Assembly: GCA_046582655.1 (NCBI GenBank)
Contig: JAYGDX010000129.1
Span: 1-41,098, forward strand
Direction: 5' to 3'
Source: Candidatus Poribacteria bacterium
GTDB taxonomy: Bacteria; Poribacteria; WGA-4E; UBA9662
Length of the DNA stretch: 41,098 bases
The notes below the pieces were generated by a model. The model made no database searches, was not told the origin of the DNA, and was given only the letters and a program-made list of their open reading frames with translations. Numbering within the stretch: position 1 is the first letter of the stretch; every line of letters begins with the position of its first letter. A program made the translations under genes and the position numbers. Below are positions 18,918-29,508 of the stretch, piece after piece.

Positions 18918-19688
18918 TTATTGGTTTTGATTTGAGAACAAAGTGACAAAGTTCTGCGTCGTTATCTGTCCAATTTCCTCGGCAGGTGTACCTCGCAATT
19001 CGGCGATTCGTTCCGCCACCGATATGACATAAGAAGGTTCATTGCGTTTACCACGCCGAAACTGTGGAGCCAACCATGGACAATCGGTTTCAATTAACAA
19101 CCGGTTGGCAGGAACCTGCTTAGCAACAGTTTGCAGATCATCAGATTTTTTGTAGGTTACAGGCCCACCGATCCCAATATGAAATCCGATGTCGAGTGTC
19201 TGTTTCATAATGTCAACATCACCTGAAAAACAGTGCAAGACACCAGAAATTCGTCCTTTTCTAGACCGGAGGATAGGGAGAATATCGTGGTATGCCTCAC
19301 GGTTATGAACAATAATCGGCATGTCAAGCTCTTCAGCCAGATCAAGTTGCTGCTCAAATGCAGTTTTTTGGATTGATCTAGGCGATAGATCCCGATAATA
19401 GTCCAACCCCATTTCACCTAGGGCGATTACTTTAGGATGATCCGCCAATCGCTGAAAGGTATCCATGGCGGTATTAGTTAGATCCTTGGCATCGTGCGGA
19501 TGCATACCAACAGTAGCCCAAAGATTTTCAGTGTTCATTGCCAGTTCAACAGCTTGTTGACTTGTTTTCAGGTCAAAGCCAACCACTAGAATCTGTTCAA
19601 TGCCAGCTGATTTCGCCCGCTGCAACACCTCATGGCGATCCCTGTCAAATTGACTCAGCTGAATATGGGCGTGAGAGTCAACTAGCAT
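18918..19688 (-). CDS. tatD: TatD-family nuclease (YcfH-like)
   Basis: DSHAH, VGMHPH, GEMGLDY, IVHNRE, VLHCFSG, ETDCPWLAP, RGKRNEP. Confidence 0.95.
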   Translation of the reverse strand: MLVDSHAHIQLSQFDRDRHEVLQRAKSAGIEQILVVGFDLKTSQQAVELAMNTENLWATVGMHPHDAKDLTNTAMDTFQRLADHPKVIALGEMGLDYYRDLSPRSIQKTAFEQQLDLAEELDMPIIVHNREAYHDILPILRSRKGRISGVLHCFSGDVDIMKQTLDIGFHIGIGGPVTYKKSDDLQTVAKQVPANRLLIETDCPWLAPQFRRGKRNEPSYVISVAERIAELRGTPAEEIGQITTQNFVTLFSNQNQ

Positions 19689-20865
19689 TTGGTATATTTT
19701 TTTCGATCACGTTGGCTGTCTCTTGGGCAACGATAATCTCTTCATTTGCAGGAATTACCAACACTTTCACTCGGCTGGAATCGGCCGATATTTCACCTTC
19801 ACCAATATGATTTTGATTTTTTTCTGTGCTGAGTTCAATGCCTAACCAATCCAATTCTAAACAGATTTGTGTCCGTGCGGTGACACTCTTTTCACCGATC
19901 CCACCAGTAAAGGCAATAACATCCAATCCACCCAGAACGGCGATGTAGGCCCCAATCTGTTTTTTGACACCGTAGAAAAAGGTCTCCATAGCCAAGCGTG
20001 CATTATCGTCACCAGCATTAGCTGCAGCTTCTACATCACGCAAATCGCCGCTAGTGCCTGAAATTCCTTTTAGGCCGGATTCTTCCATCAATTGACGCGT
20101 AATCTCTTTAGTGTCCCAGTGTTCCTGATCCATCATGTACAGTACAGCAAACGGATCGAGGTCTCCGGTGCGAGTAGACTGGATCACACCATATTGAGTT
20201 GAAATGCCCATTGAAGTATCAATTGATTGACCACTCTTTATAGCACATAAGGAAGAACTTCCACCAAGATGACAGGAGATGATTCGCAATTCTTCTGATG
20301 ATCTGTTAATCAGTTGCGGAACGCGTTCGGAGATCCAGCGGTGCGATGCCCCATGAAAACCGTAGCGTCTGATGGCATGTTTTTCTACCCACGATCGGGG
20401 TACTCCGAAATCATAAGCATAATCAGGAATAGTTTGATGGTACCATGTCTCAAAAACGGCTACCAATGGCATCTTCGGAAGTAAACCCTGAAAAGCACGG
20501 ATAGAAGCAATATAAGCTGGATTGTGGAGTGGGGCCAAGGGAATGTAGTCTACTAACGCTTGAATTACTTTTTCATTAATCAAAGCCGATCGCCAGATCC
20601 CTTTACCAAAAACGGTTTTAAAACCGACACCTGCCAGTTCGCTGAGATCCCCAATTTGAGCGATGGCATGTTGTATCGCCATGCTGTGATCAGGCACGTC
20701 AATTTCTCCGGTGACGGGTGTGCCTGATGGCCCCGCGTGCGTGAAGTAGGAAGGATAGTTTCCAATCCGCTCAACATTCCCTTTCATAATTGAAATAGAG
20801 TGATCAAGATCAAGAATCTCGTATTTGAAAGATGTACTTCCGACATTAGCACACAATATTTTCAT
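19678..20865 (-). CDS. ackA: Acetate/propionate kinase family protein with a divergent active site
   Basis: NVGSTSFK, LAPLHNP, RRYGFHGASH, CHLG, DTSMG, TRTGDLDP, FTGGIGE, ANEE; 3' end overlaps the tatD start. Confidence 0.88.
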   Translation of the reverse strand: MKILCANVGSTSFKYEILDLDHSISIMKGNVERIGNYPSYFTHAGPSGTPVTGEIDVPDHSMAIQHAIAQIGDLSELAGVGFKTVFGKGIWRSALINEKVIQALVDYIPLAPLHNPAYIASIRAFQGLLPKMPLVAVFETWYHQTIPDYAYDFGVPRSWVEKHAIRRYGFHGASHRWISERVPQLINRSSEELRIISCHLGGSSSLCAIKSGQSIDTSMGISTQYGVIQSTRTGDLDPFAVLYMMDQEHWDTKEITRQLMEESGLKGISGTSGDLRDVEAAANAGDDNARLAMETFFYGVKKQIGAYIAVLGGLDVIAFTGGIGEKSVTARTQICLELDWLGIELSTEKNQNHIGEGEISADSSRVKVLVIPANEEIIVAQETANVIEKNIPNAS

Positions 20866-20890
20866 AAATCTCTTTGCTCATGAACCGTCA

Positions 20891-23800
20891 TCAATGTGCC
20901 TTCTGTACTTGGACACCTGTCCGGGAACTGCGACGCATCCGGTCGAATTGCTCTATATTGGACGATTGGATTTTCTTATTCCTCATCTTTAGGTTCATCC
21001 GGTAATCAGTCGACTGTTGAGGAGCCGGGACAAACTGTTGTTGCTCCCTTTTAGATCCTCGTTGCGTACCAATAGATTGAGTTCCTCGGTAAAAAGCGTA
21101 ACGATTCTCATTTGAACGGGCAATAACGGTTGATCGACCATGTATGCCATCAGCGATAAAAATCCCTCGAAGATCCGTTTTTCCCGAGATGAATTTGTCG
21201 TTCTCTGTACCAATAGCCTTGACATGGACTTTGGCAGCATAATTCCCCGTATTTTTGTTCTTGATGTTCACTCGAACGCGACCGCTGATTTGATCTTCTT
21301 GGACTTCGATCCGTAACGGCGTGATCAGTACCAATCCACTCGTAAAAAGACCATCACCCCGACAAATAACCAGATACGCCCCTTCTTCCGTCAGCGACAG
21401 GTCGATTGGCTGAACTTTATCAGTATAATCTTTGCCATCACCCAGGGTGAAGTTTTCAGTAAATTGCGGCTCAATACCAGCTAGTTTTACCTGTGTAATT
21501 TGGCTCAGATTCTTTTGGCGAAGATACAGTTTCATTAGATCTACCTGGTATACTTGAATGAAAGCTTCTTTAATGTTTCGGTACGTCAGTTGGATTTCGG
21601 CCTTTTCGCTGGGACATTTGAACGTTACTTCTGGCAAGGAAACCCGTTTTTGTTCGAAGTAATCAATTGACTCTTTGGCATCAGGGTAGGTCAACTTCAC
21701 TTGGCTGTACCAATTGATAGCCTGTTGCGGATCTTTTTGAGCGTGATATATTTGTCCCAGAATGTAACGGGCTAGATCTCGATCATCGCTATTTCCATTA
21801 GCCACCATCTGTGCTGATGTAATAGCCTGATCGTACTTGCGCATAGAAAAGAATCCCAGCGACTCGGCATACTGAAAACTGCTGAGAAAGTCGCTCTTCG
21901 GATAGCGACTCTGGCCAACCTTAGCCAATTGAACAGCCTGTTGAAAATCTTCCACATCAAGTAGAACATTTATCAACGAAAGCGTGGCATCATCAATAAG
22001 TGGATTAACCGGATAAAGGGTGGAAAATTGCCGCAATATGGCAGCCGTCTTCCCCAATAGATCCCTTTTCGAAACTAACGGATCAAGTCTATCTACAGAT
22101 GATACTTTGTCGTAAAGCGATTGGGAAATCGCGAAGTAAGCAGGGATGGTTATGGCTGTGTCAGGGTAGTCACGCCATAGATCCTGCATAAACTCTATTG
22201 ATTTTAGAAACTGACCCTCATCCTGTATCACAGCGCTGACATTGGAGTCCTTGGCGAAACTGGCATCGATGATGGCATTATAAACTAATGATGCACGCTC
22301 AAACTCACCCAGATCGCGATAGGCTCTACCCACCATCCGTATCTTTTCAAACGGAATATAGAGATCCGGTTGTTGCTCACGTAACACCTCGAAAGTATCA
22401 ATCGCTTTTCGGGCATCGTAGTGTCTATCCGTGGCATAGATCCAGAGCAACATTTTCGCCACCTCTTTCTCTTGATACGATGGATTCCGTTGGCGTAGTT
22501 TAGCCAATAGCGGCAGTGCTTCCAGCAAATGTTTATCCTCGAAATTAGCTTTGCCCAGCGTATAGAGTTCACCATCGTTCATCTCATAGGAATCTATAGA
22601 TTTTTCACCCGGTGCTAAAACAGTAAACGTGGACGTAGATCCGATACGCATTCCGCCCAATTGATCGACAGAACGAATCACGGTTGGTAGGACGCGAAAA
22701 ACACCCGGAGTGTAACTGACCAGTTGATAACGAAAATCATTGATATAGTGCTTCGGCGGATAATAAAGCCGGATTACGCCGTCTCCAATTTCATAATGCT
22801 TAAAATTACCGGAAACCGAATCTTTAACCAATGTCGTTCCGGCTGGGAAAAACTCGTCCACGATCAGATACTGATTTTGGTAGCCAGACTTTATGTCGAC
22901 CGACACCTGCGTTCGATCTCCATTTGGGAGCTGAGTGAGCTTGGTTGAGCTATTAACGCCAATTGAACTGCCACCGTGTGTCAGTGGGGCGTGATAATAG
23001 TTGCGGCTAACAACATGCGGTTTATCCCAAGATTTCGGATCATCAATTTCACCTGAAAAGCCACTCAGCATGGCGATATATGTGTAACGACCACGTCCAT
23101 CGACCTGAAACTGAACTTTGTTCCTACCATCAACCAACTTGGTAACTGGCACTTCAATAACCTGATTCGGGGCTTGGTTCCTCATCTCAGTAGCTTGGAT
23201 TTGATGATCGTTAACGAAAACAGTTAAGCGGTAATCATCAGATGTAAATTGCGTCTGTTGATAAAATATGGCGAGTGCTGCGACTATCACACCTTTTGCT
23301 CGGTATGGCATAAAACCGTAGAATTGTCTTCGGGAAATCAAGAAATCGACCGATTTGGCAATCCAGGTAGAACTTGGATCTACCTTCTGAATTGCCAGCA
23401 GTGCCAAACCAACTGTTTCTATATCAATTATTTGATCAGATTTTGGAGGCAGAGTTAGATTAGGAATAATTAGGTCCAACAATTCCTTGGCAATCTGGTT
23501 TCGACTCAGGTTTACAAAAGTCAGGGCTACATAGGCTAATCGGTTGTGGTTCATGTTATGCCGACGTCGATAAAGCCGGTTGACATAGGCGAAATCCGCC
23601 TTGTCAACAGTCGAAAGCGCATGAAGAATAACTACCTTCGATTCGTCGTCCTGATTAGCATTGACAAAGGCATTCTCAAGAAACTTGGTTGCATTTGTGA
23701 CAGCTTGATCTTCAACGATAAGTCCGACTCTTTTAGCTTCCGACAATGCCCAGAGGTTCTGAGCGGTTACCAACGGATCACTTTCACCTTTTGCCCGGGA

Positions 23801-26800
23801 CCACCCGCCATCTCTGTTCTGGGTTGGAATTAACCGACCGGTCAGAATCCGAGCCCGTTCAACCAAGTCATGGTTATCGGTGGCCGAACCGCCGGCTTTC
23901 TTGACATAGTCTATGGCATAGGCAACTGCCAAAAGGTCACTGCCGACATCACCCGGCATGGGAATGATTCGTTGATAGAAAGGCCTGATGATCCGCCTTG
24001 GATAGAAATGGTTCATCGCCAGATTATAAATCATTCGTTCAACACTTTGACCTAGACTGATTGAAAGCTTTCTTCTCCTGTAAGCTCGGTTTTTTGGTAT
24101 TTCCAGAAAGATCGTCTGGTTGCGACTGCCAGTACCGGATTTGGTATCAGCGTATTCCATACCCCACGGCTGGATGGGAATTTGGCGGCGTATACCGTCT
24201 GATATTTTATCTGTCTGTGCTGTAACTTCGACGGTGAGTTGATCTGCAGTGGGGACAGTAACAGGATCGAAAATAAAGTCGATGACATCTGATGCTTTAA
24301 TCTGCGTCGACTTCGCATAAGCCTGGTTGTTAACTTTCAGATGAACCGTAACCCGGCCATTGAAGTCGGTCAAGTTATGGATTTGTGCGTTGATGCGCAA
24401 CTGGTCACCCTCGGTCACGATTGATGGCAGTTTCAGATCAAGAAAGAAATCTTTTTTGGTGATGGTATCGACCTTAACCTGACCAACCAGTGTATCGACG
24501 GAACAACCATGTACTGTCAATCGCCATTTGGTTGTTTTTTCTGGCATCGGCACCTGTACCATGGCTTGCCCACGATCATCGGTTACAATCGATCCAATCC
24601 AGTACCCAGCACCCCCGAATTCGTTGCGGATCCGAGGCAATTCTCCCAAAGCTCTAGATCGACGATTAAACATCAGTCCATTAGCACGGCCAACTGCCGA
24701 TACAGGTTTTCGAACCTTAGCCCCCATCTGACTGAGACCTTCCTGAGCAGCATCCTCTTCGCTCAAAAGGCCAAGTCGTTTATACGATTCCACACGCGAC
24801 AGTGTCCTGCCCAATGTTTCGGGCAGTTTCTCCATCTCTTTGAGTCTCTCTCCCGCTTCCTTGTCAGCTCTGAGTCGCTTTCTTTCCTCCTGTATCTCCT
24901 TGATCACTGGGTGAGTTAAGGGAGCATAACGAAACTTGCAGCTGGAAACGGCACGCATGGCGGTTTCACGCCGTATGCCGGCTTGAAAGAAATCTATAAT
25001 CGGCATCAGTTTATTGGGAAAAAGGGCGAAAACAGCTTCCTCAACGAGTGCTAATGAAAATTCTGCCTGAATCGGTTTGTCAAGTTGATCTGTCGCCATA
25101 ATCGCTATCTTAGCCACGTTGCCCGGTGCATAGATGGGTATTGGGTCAAAGCCGCCTTCCTGACGACGCATGGTGATCTTCAACTGGCGTTCAACAGTAA
25201 ACTCCTTTTGTGTTGACAGCAGTTGTTGTTGATCAATTGCCGCAACCGACAAGTAGAAATTTGGGAAGTATGGGTGACCGATCCGAAGGTGGATAGGGTT
25301 CCAACCGGATTTCAGCAATAAAGTCTGGTAGGATATTACTGTATCGCCTTCAAAAGTAATCAAGGCCAAAGTCTCCTCCAGCCGGGAGTGGATTCGTACC
25401 GTTTCCTCGGCACCAACCTGCGTCGTCAGCCGACCGGCGAAGATGCGGAGCTTGATCTGGTCGGTATCATCAGATACGGTTATCTTTCCAGTGCTGACAA
25501 CTGGTTGATCGAATTGGTCAGTTCCTCTGGTCCGAATCAGGTAATTTCCACCTTGAGTAAGCGTTAACTGGATTTTACTTTGTCCCGTTCGTTGATCTGT
25601 TTCAACTTTTAGCGTTTTGACTAACACGGTTGCTGATTGTTGAGCCATTTTCATCCATGGGATTCTGGACAGCACTGGATGGGTTGGCGGATCAGTTTTT
25701 CGTAGCACGTCAACGTCCAGCGATTGTCCTATCGGATTACCGTTGGCACCCATGGTCGTTATTGTCACCTCTAACGGTTCTCCAGACAGTGAAACTTCGG
25801 TCGAGGGTGCAATCTGAATTGAAAATCCAAGTTGCGCCAGAAAGACCGACATAGCAACACTCACATTTTCGCCCTCAATTGTCCCATCGAAATTGAGTGT
25901 TGAGCCTGGTAACTGGAGCGAAGTATCAAAAGTAATCTTGAGCTTGCCCTGATCATCAGTTGGTTTAGTAAAGGTTTGACCATCCGGTAGAACATAACGG
26001 ATTAGTGCTGCTTTTACTGGCTGACCATAATAATAGTTCGCAGTGAAAGTTGCTTCTACTGTTTGATGACGAAAATATACTTGACGCGGAAAATCGAGAG
26101 TTAATTGGATTTTTTCGGTTTGAAATCGCTGCACTTCAAAATTGCCGTTGAACACTTGGGTTAACTTCTGATCGGCTTTAACTTCAGTGGCAATAACCCG
26201 GTAGTCTCCGACATTGGCGTTCTGGTCAAGTATCATCTGAGTGGTAAATGTTCCAAACTCGGAAAGCGTGACCTCTTCTTCACGCAGGGATCGTCCTCGT
26301 GCATCAATAATGCTAAGCCTGTACATTGCATCCTGGTCGATGGCATAAGATCCATGTTGAACATGACGGATGATTCCTCGAATCGAAACCGTATCACCGG
26401 GATGGTAGGCAGGTCGATCAGTATAGATATAGCCTCGTGGTGTCAGTCCTTTACTGAACTTCAGTCCAACGAGATCGAGTCGATCGGACGCCACATTACC
26501 ATCCTTGATTACGAAAACACTAGTCGAATTGCTTGATTTCAGCCGATCGTGCTCCTGCTGAAAAACACCGTCTTTACCTGTCGTCCCTTCCAGAATGATA
26601 CTTTCACCATCACTAACAATGACTGTTGCTTCCGATACGGCGCTATGATTGATCATATCCTGAACAAAAACCAGCACTTCACTGCGCGAAGCCTTAATAA
26701 TAGCTTCAATGTTACTGCGGATTACTATGGTTGTAGATTCAAGATCCATGTCACTTACCTGCACGGCATAAACACCTGAACCTTGAATTGGAATCTCGAT

Positions 26801-28600
26801 GTTTTGTTCAATCGGTTTGTACTTTTCATAATCCAAAATGGAGTGTTCCCACGTTTGGTTAGGAGTAATTAAAGCCAGATCAAGTTTCTCGATTCCGTTG
26901 ATGCTGTGCATTTTTCGCCAGTAAGCTTCCAGATCAATTTTATAGAGGTTAACTTCCAGTTTCTTGATGTTGCGAAGAGAAAGATGGATTTTTGCCGGTT
27001 CGTTTGTGCGAAAGGTTCGTTCAGTAGTCAGTTTCAGCTGCTTTTCACTCATCTGTCGGATTCGGCCTTTGGCCTGATCCTGCCAATCTCCCCAAGTTAG
27101 CTTTCGGTAAGACTCAAGTGCCTTTTCAAGCTCTCCCAACTTTTGTTCGTACACTTGGCCAATCCGAAAAAGGGCAAACGACGATTCTTCCGTATTCGGA
27201 TATTTGCTGACCAACTTTTCCCATTCCACGATAGCTGATCGGTAATCGGTCGCTGATTCCTGATTTTGCTCAGCTTGATGAACGCGCATTTGACCGTAGA
27301 TAACCAGTATCTGCCGTATGCGCGAATCGAGTGGATGATCCTTTTCGAATTGCTTAAATGACTCAATTGTGTCATCGTACGCCTTGTTGGCCAGCAGACT
27401 GATACCGATTTGGAATTCGGCATCTATAATCCGGTGTTGAGCTCTCGTCCACTGCGGACCGTTGGAAAAATTGGCCAGATACTGCCCCCACACTCGAATT
27501 GCTTCTACATACTTCTTTTGGCCGAATTGAAGTTCAGCAATGGAGAAGGTTGCCGACATTTGTTGATCTGAGATGTCCGAGTTTTCTGATGCAGCAACCA
27601 AAAAATCCTGATAAGCAGAAATGGCGTTTTCAGTTTGCTTACGGGTGCGATAGCTTTCCGCAATTTCGAACATTAACTGCTTTGATCTTGGGTTGCCTAA
27701 GTAAGCGCTTATAAAATCTTCCGCGGCTTTGATACCCAACGCCAGTTCTTGGTCAGTTTCAGGTTTAGGAAAATGGTAGGTGCGCGTTAGGAGAAATTTG
27801 GTGTCTCTGATCAAATCGATGTATTTCTCCGATTTCACTCCTGACAGTGACTCCAATAGAGCCACGACGTCTAACCGAGAGGATTGATGCTGATTCTGGG
27901 CAACTTTACATTCCGCAAGATGGTATTTGGCTTTATAGTATCTCTGACCAGAATCGGCGTCAAACTGGGTTAAATAAGCTTGATAATCTTTGATTGCCCG
28001 TGGGAAATTCTTGGCCAATTGCATCATCCGTCCCAAGCGGTAAGTTAGTTCTTTTTTCAAGTCAGCACTAATTCCTAGCTCTAAAGCATGCTGGTAAAGA
28101 TTGTGGGCTTTATCATAATTTGGTGGTGGGGCATCCAGATCGTTTTCATCAGGTTGACGTGAAACTTTTTCTGCCAAATCGATGTATGCTTGTGCTATAT
28201 TCGACTTCCGTTCCGACGATAGCAAGCGCTCCACCTCAGTATTATAGATGGCCTCAGCCGAGGAAAAATCTTTGAGATCGAAATGACATTTAGCCTGTAG
28301 AAATATCGTTTTCTGCAGCCAAATTGAATCTGGATAGTTATTCAGCAATTGCTGACAGGCATCAATCGACTGTTGGAATTCTCTTGTGTGAAATGAGGCC
28401 AGCGCTTTGAGATAGATCAGAAAATCGATTTTCTGGTTAGCAGTTTTGAGCAGGTTATCAATTTGATTGATGGCCTGATCGAATTGTTTCGATTGGAGGG
28501 AGGTTTGGATAACATCAAGCGGTTCTTCCGTCCCTGTTTCCGCCCAAACATTAAGGACTATAACAAGAACAAGCAACAAAAGACTTGTTCGGTTGAGCAT
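20891..28600 (-). CDS. Giant secreted TPR-containing alpha-2-macroglobulin-family protein (2569 aa)
   Basis: Signal peptide, ~500 aa of TPR-like helices, MG2 motif GYIYTDRPAYHPGD, LSEFGTF, A2M motif IRNEF..YW...VTDDRGQA..VPMPEKTTKWR, TED-like QNRDGGWS, receptor-domain-like PGVFRVLP, then a second TPR block. Confidence 0.9.
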   Translation of the reverse strand: MLNRTSLLLLVLVIVLNVWAETGTEEPLDVIQTSLQSKQFDQAINQIDNLLKTANQKIDFLIYLKALASFHTREFQQSIDACQQLLNNYPDSIWLQKTIFLQAKCHFDLKDFSSAEAIYNTEVERLLSSERKSNIAQAYIDLAEKVSRQPDENDLDAPPPNYDKAHNLYQHALELGISADLKKELTYRLGRMMQLAKNFPRAIKDYQAYLTQFDADSGQRYYKAKYHLAECKVAQNQHQSSRLDVVALLESLSGVKSEKYIDLIRDTKFLLTRTYHFPKPETDQELALGIKAAEDFISAYLGNPRSKQLMFEIAESYRTRKQTENAISAYQDFLVAASENSDISDQQMSATFSIAELQFGQKKYVEAIRVWGQYLANFSNGPQWTRAQHRIIDAEFQIGISLLANKAYDDTIESFKQFEKDHPLDSRIRQILVIYGQMRVHQAEQNQESATDYRSAIVEWEKLVSKYPNTEESSFALFRIGQVYEQKLGELEKALESYRKLTWGDWQDQAKGRIRQMSEKQLKLTTERTFRTNEPAKIHLSLRNIKKLEVNLYKIDLEAYWRKMHSINGIEKLDLALITPNQTWEHSILDYEKYKPIEQNIEIPIQGSGVYAVQVSDMDLESTTIVIRSNIEAIIKASRSEVLVFVQDMINHSAVSEATVIVSDGESIILEGTTGKDGVFQQEHDRLKSSNSTSVFVIKDGNVASDRLDLVGLKFSKGLTPRGYIYTDRPAYHPGDTVSIRGIIRHVQHGSYAIDQDAMYRLSIIDARGRSLREEEVTLSEFGTFTTQMILDQNANVGDYRVIATEVKADQKLTQVFNGNFEVQRFQTEKIQLTLDFPRQVYFRHQTVEATFTANYYYGQPVKAALIRYVLPDGQTFTKPTDDQGKLKITFDTSLQLPGSTLNFDGTIEGENVSVAMSVFLAQLGFSIQIAPSTEVSLSGEPLEVTITTMGANGNPIGQSLDVDVLRKTDPPTHPVLSRIPWMKMAQQSATVLVKTLKVETDQRTGQSKIQLTLTQGGNYLIRTRGTDQFDQPVVSTGKITVSDDTDQIKLRIFAGRLTTQVGAEETVRIHSRLEETLALITFEGDTVISYQTLLLKSGWNPIHLRIGHPYFPNFYLSVAAIDQQQLLSTQKEFTVERQLKITMRRQEGGFDPIPIYAPGNVAKIAIMATDQLDKPIQAEFSLALVEEAVFALFPNKLMPIIDFFQAGIRRETAMRAVSSCKFRYAPLTHPVIKEIQEERKRLRADKEAGERLKEMEKLPETLGRTLSRVESYKRLGLLSEEDAAQEGLSQMGAKVRKPVSAVGRANGLMFNRRSRALGELPRIRNEFGGAGYWIGSIVTDDRGQAMVQVPMPEKTTKWRLTVHGCSVDTLVGQVKVDTITKKDFFLDLKLPSIVTEGDQLRINAQIHNLTDFNGRVTVHLKVNNQAYAKSTQIKASDVIDFIFDPVTVPTADQLTVEVTAQTDKISDGIRRQIPIQPWGMEYADTKSGTGSRNQTIFLEIPKNRAYRRRKLSISLGQSVERMIYNLAMNHFYPRRIIRPFYQRIIPMPGDVGSDLLAVAYAIDYVKKAGGSATDNHDLVERARILTGRLIPTQNRDGGWSRAKGESDPLVTAQNLWALSEAKRVGLIVEDQAVTNATKFLENAFVNANQDDESKVVILHALSTVDKADFAYVNRLYRRRHNMNHNRLAYVALTFVNLSRNQIAKELLDLIIPNLTLPPKSDQIIDIETVGLALLAIQKVDPSSTWIAKSVDFLISRRQFYGFMPYRAKGVIVAALAIFYQQTQFTSDDYRLTVFVNDHQIQATEMRNQAPNQVIEVPVTKLVDGRNKVQFQVDGRGRYTYIAMLSGFSGEIDDPKSWDKPHVVSRNYYHAPLTHGGSSIGVNSSTKLTQLPNGDRTQVSVDIKSGYQNQYLIVDEFFPAGTTLVKDSVSGNFKHYEIGDGVIRLYYPPKHYINDFRYQLVSYTPGVFRVLPTVIRSVDQLGGMRIGSTSTFTVLAPGEKSIDSYEMNDGELYTLGKANFEDKHLLEALPLLAKLRQRNPSYQEKEVAKMLLWIYATDRHYDARKAIDTFEVLREQQPDLYIPFEKIRMVGRAYRDLGEFERASLVYNAIIDASFAKDSNVSAVIQDEGQFLKSIEFMQDLWRDYPDTAITIPAYFAISQSLYDKVSSVDRLDPLVSKRDLLGKTAAILRQFSTLYPVNPLIDDATLSLINVLLDVEDFQQAVQLAKVGQSRYPKSDFLSSFQYAESLGFFSMRKYDQAITSAQMVANGNSDDRDLARYILGQIYHAQKDPQQAINWYSQVKLTYPDAKESIDYFEQKRVSLPEVTFKCPSEKAEIQLTYRNIKEAFIQVYQVDLMKLYLRQKNLSQITQVKLAGIEPQFTENFTLGDGKDYTDKVQPIDLSLTEEGAYLVICRGDGLFTSGLVLITPLRIEVQEDQISGRVRVNIKNKNTGNYAAKVHVKAIGTENDKFISGKTDLRGIFIADGIHGRSTVIARSNENRYAFYRGTQSIGTQRGSKREQQQFVPAPQQSTDYRMNLKMRNKKIQSSNIEQFDRMRRSSRTGVQVQKAH

Positions 28601-28650
28601 CAGAATTCCTCCGATGTAAATCTATGGCTAAGCAGGGAGGCGAGTTTTTA

Positions 28651-29508
28651 TCAACATTCAGCGTTTTTGCCTTCACTTCCGAAGATCTTAAGCCTTGCTT
28701 CAGTGGTAATGGTGTTTGCGCAAGCAGGACGATAGTGAAATTGTAGGGCACGGCGTTGGTCTTGTGAGAAGTTAGCCGGTGTACCGTGGTGCATCAGTCC
28801 ATGAAAAAAGAGACATCCACCCGGCTCTAAAGGAACCATGGTATCGTTTTCTCCACTAACATCGGTATCACAGATCTGCCAATCCCTTTTCTTGAAGTGG
28901 ATCATCGGTTCTTTGTGTGAACCGGGAACAATGTGCATACATCCGTTGTCGGCTGTAGCTTGATCTAGGGCAATCCAGACACCTATCACTGTTGTTTCCA
29001 AGGGATAGTTGAAATAGGCACAGTCTTGATGCCACGGCTTCTCGGAACCAAAATCACTCGGTTTTATTAAGGCCATATCCTGCAAGTATATCGGTTCATC
29101 ATCCATCAAGCGGGCTAATACTTGCAATAGATCTTGATTATAAAACATAGAATTTAGGTAGGATTCGTAATCAATGAACCTGAAAATTTTTCGAGTGGCT
29201 TTACGTTTTGTATCCCCCGTTAGTTCTGCTGTATATTTATGCAACTTAGGTTCGATTTGTATACCATTAAAGTCCGGATACTTGCCGTCGATTAAGTCAT
29301 CAATAGCCTGTTGTGCTAACTCTATATCGCTCTGACCGAAGGCACCATGAACTACCAAATATCCTTGGTCGTGAAAGAACCGCAGATCAGCATCAGTAAC
29401 ATTGTCAAATCCGCCTTCAATTGATTCGGAAATCCTATCGAAGTGATACAATTCTGGTGGATACGCTATCTCTTGCAGAGACTGAATAAAACCTTTATCC
29501 CAGTTCAT
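28651..29508 (-). CDS. PhyH-family Fe(II)/2OG dioxygenase
   Basis: FFHDQGYLVV, KPWHQD, WIALDQATADNGCM, PGSH, HHGT, RRALQFHY. Confidence 0.92.
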   Translation of the reverse strand: MNWDKGFIQSLQEIAYPPELYHFDRISESIEGGFDNVTDADLRFFHDQGYLVVHGAFGQSDIELAQQAIDDLIDGKYPDFNGIQIEPKLHKYTAELTGDTKRKATRKIFRFIDYESYLNSMFYNQDLLQVLARLMDDEPIYLQDMALIKPSDFGSEKPWHQDCAYFNYPLETTVIGVWIALDQATADNGCMHIVPGSHKEPMIHFKKRDWQICDTDVSGENDTMVPLEPGGCLFFHGLMHHGTPANFSQDQRRALQFHYRPACANTITTEARLKIFGSEGKNAEC

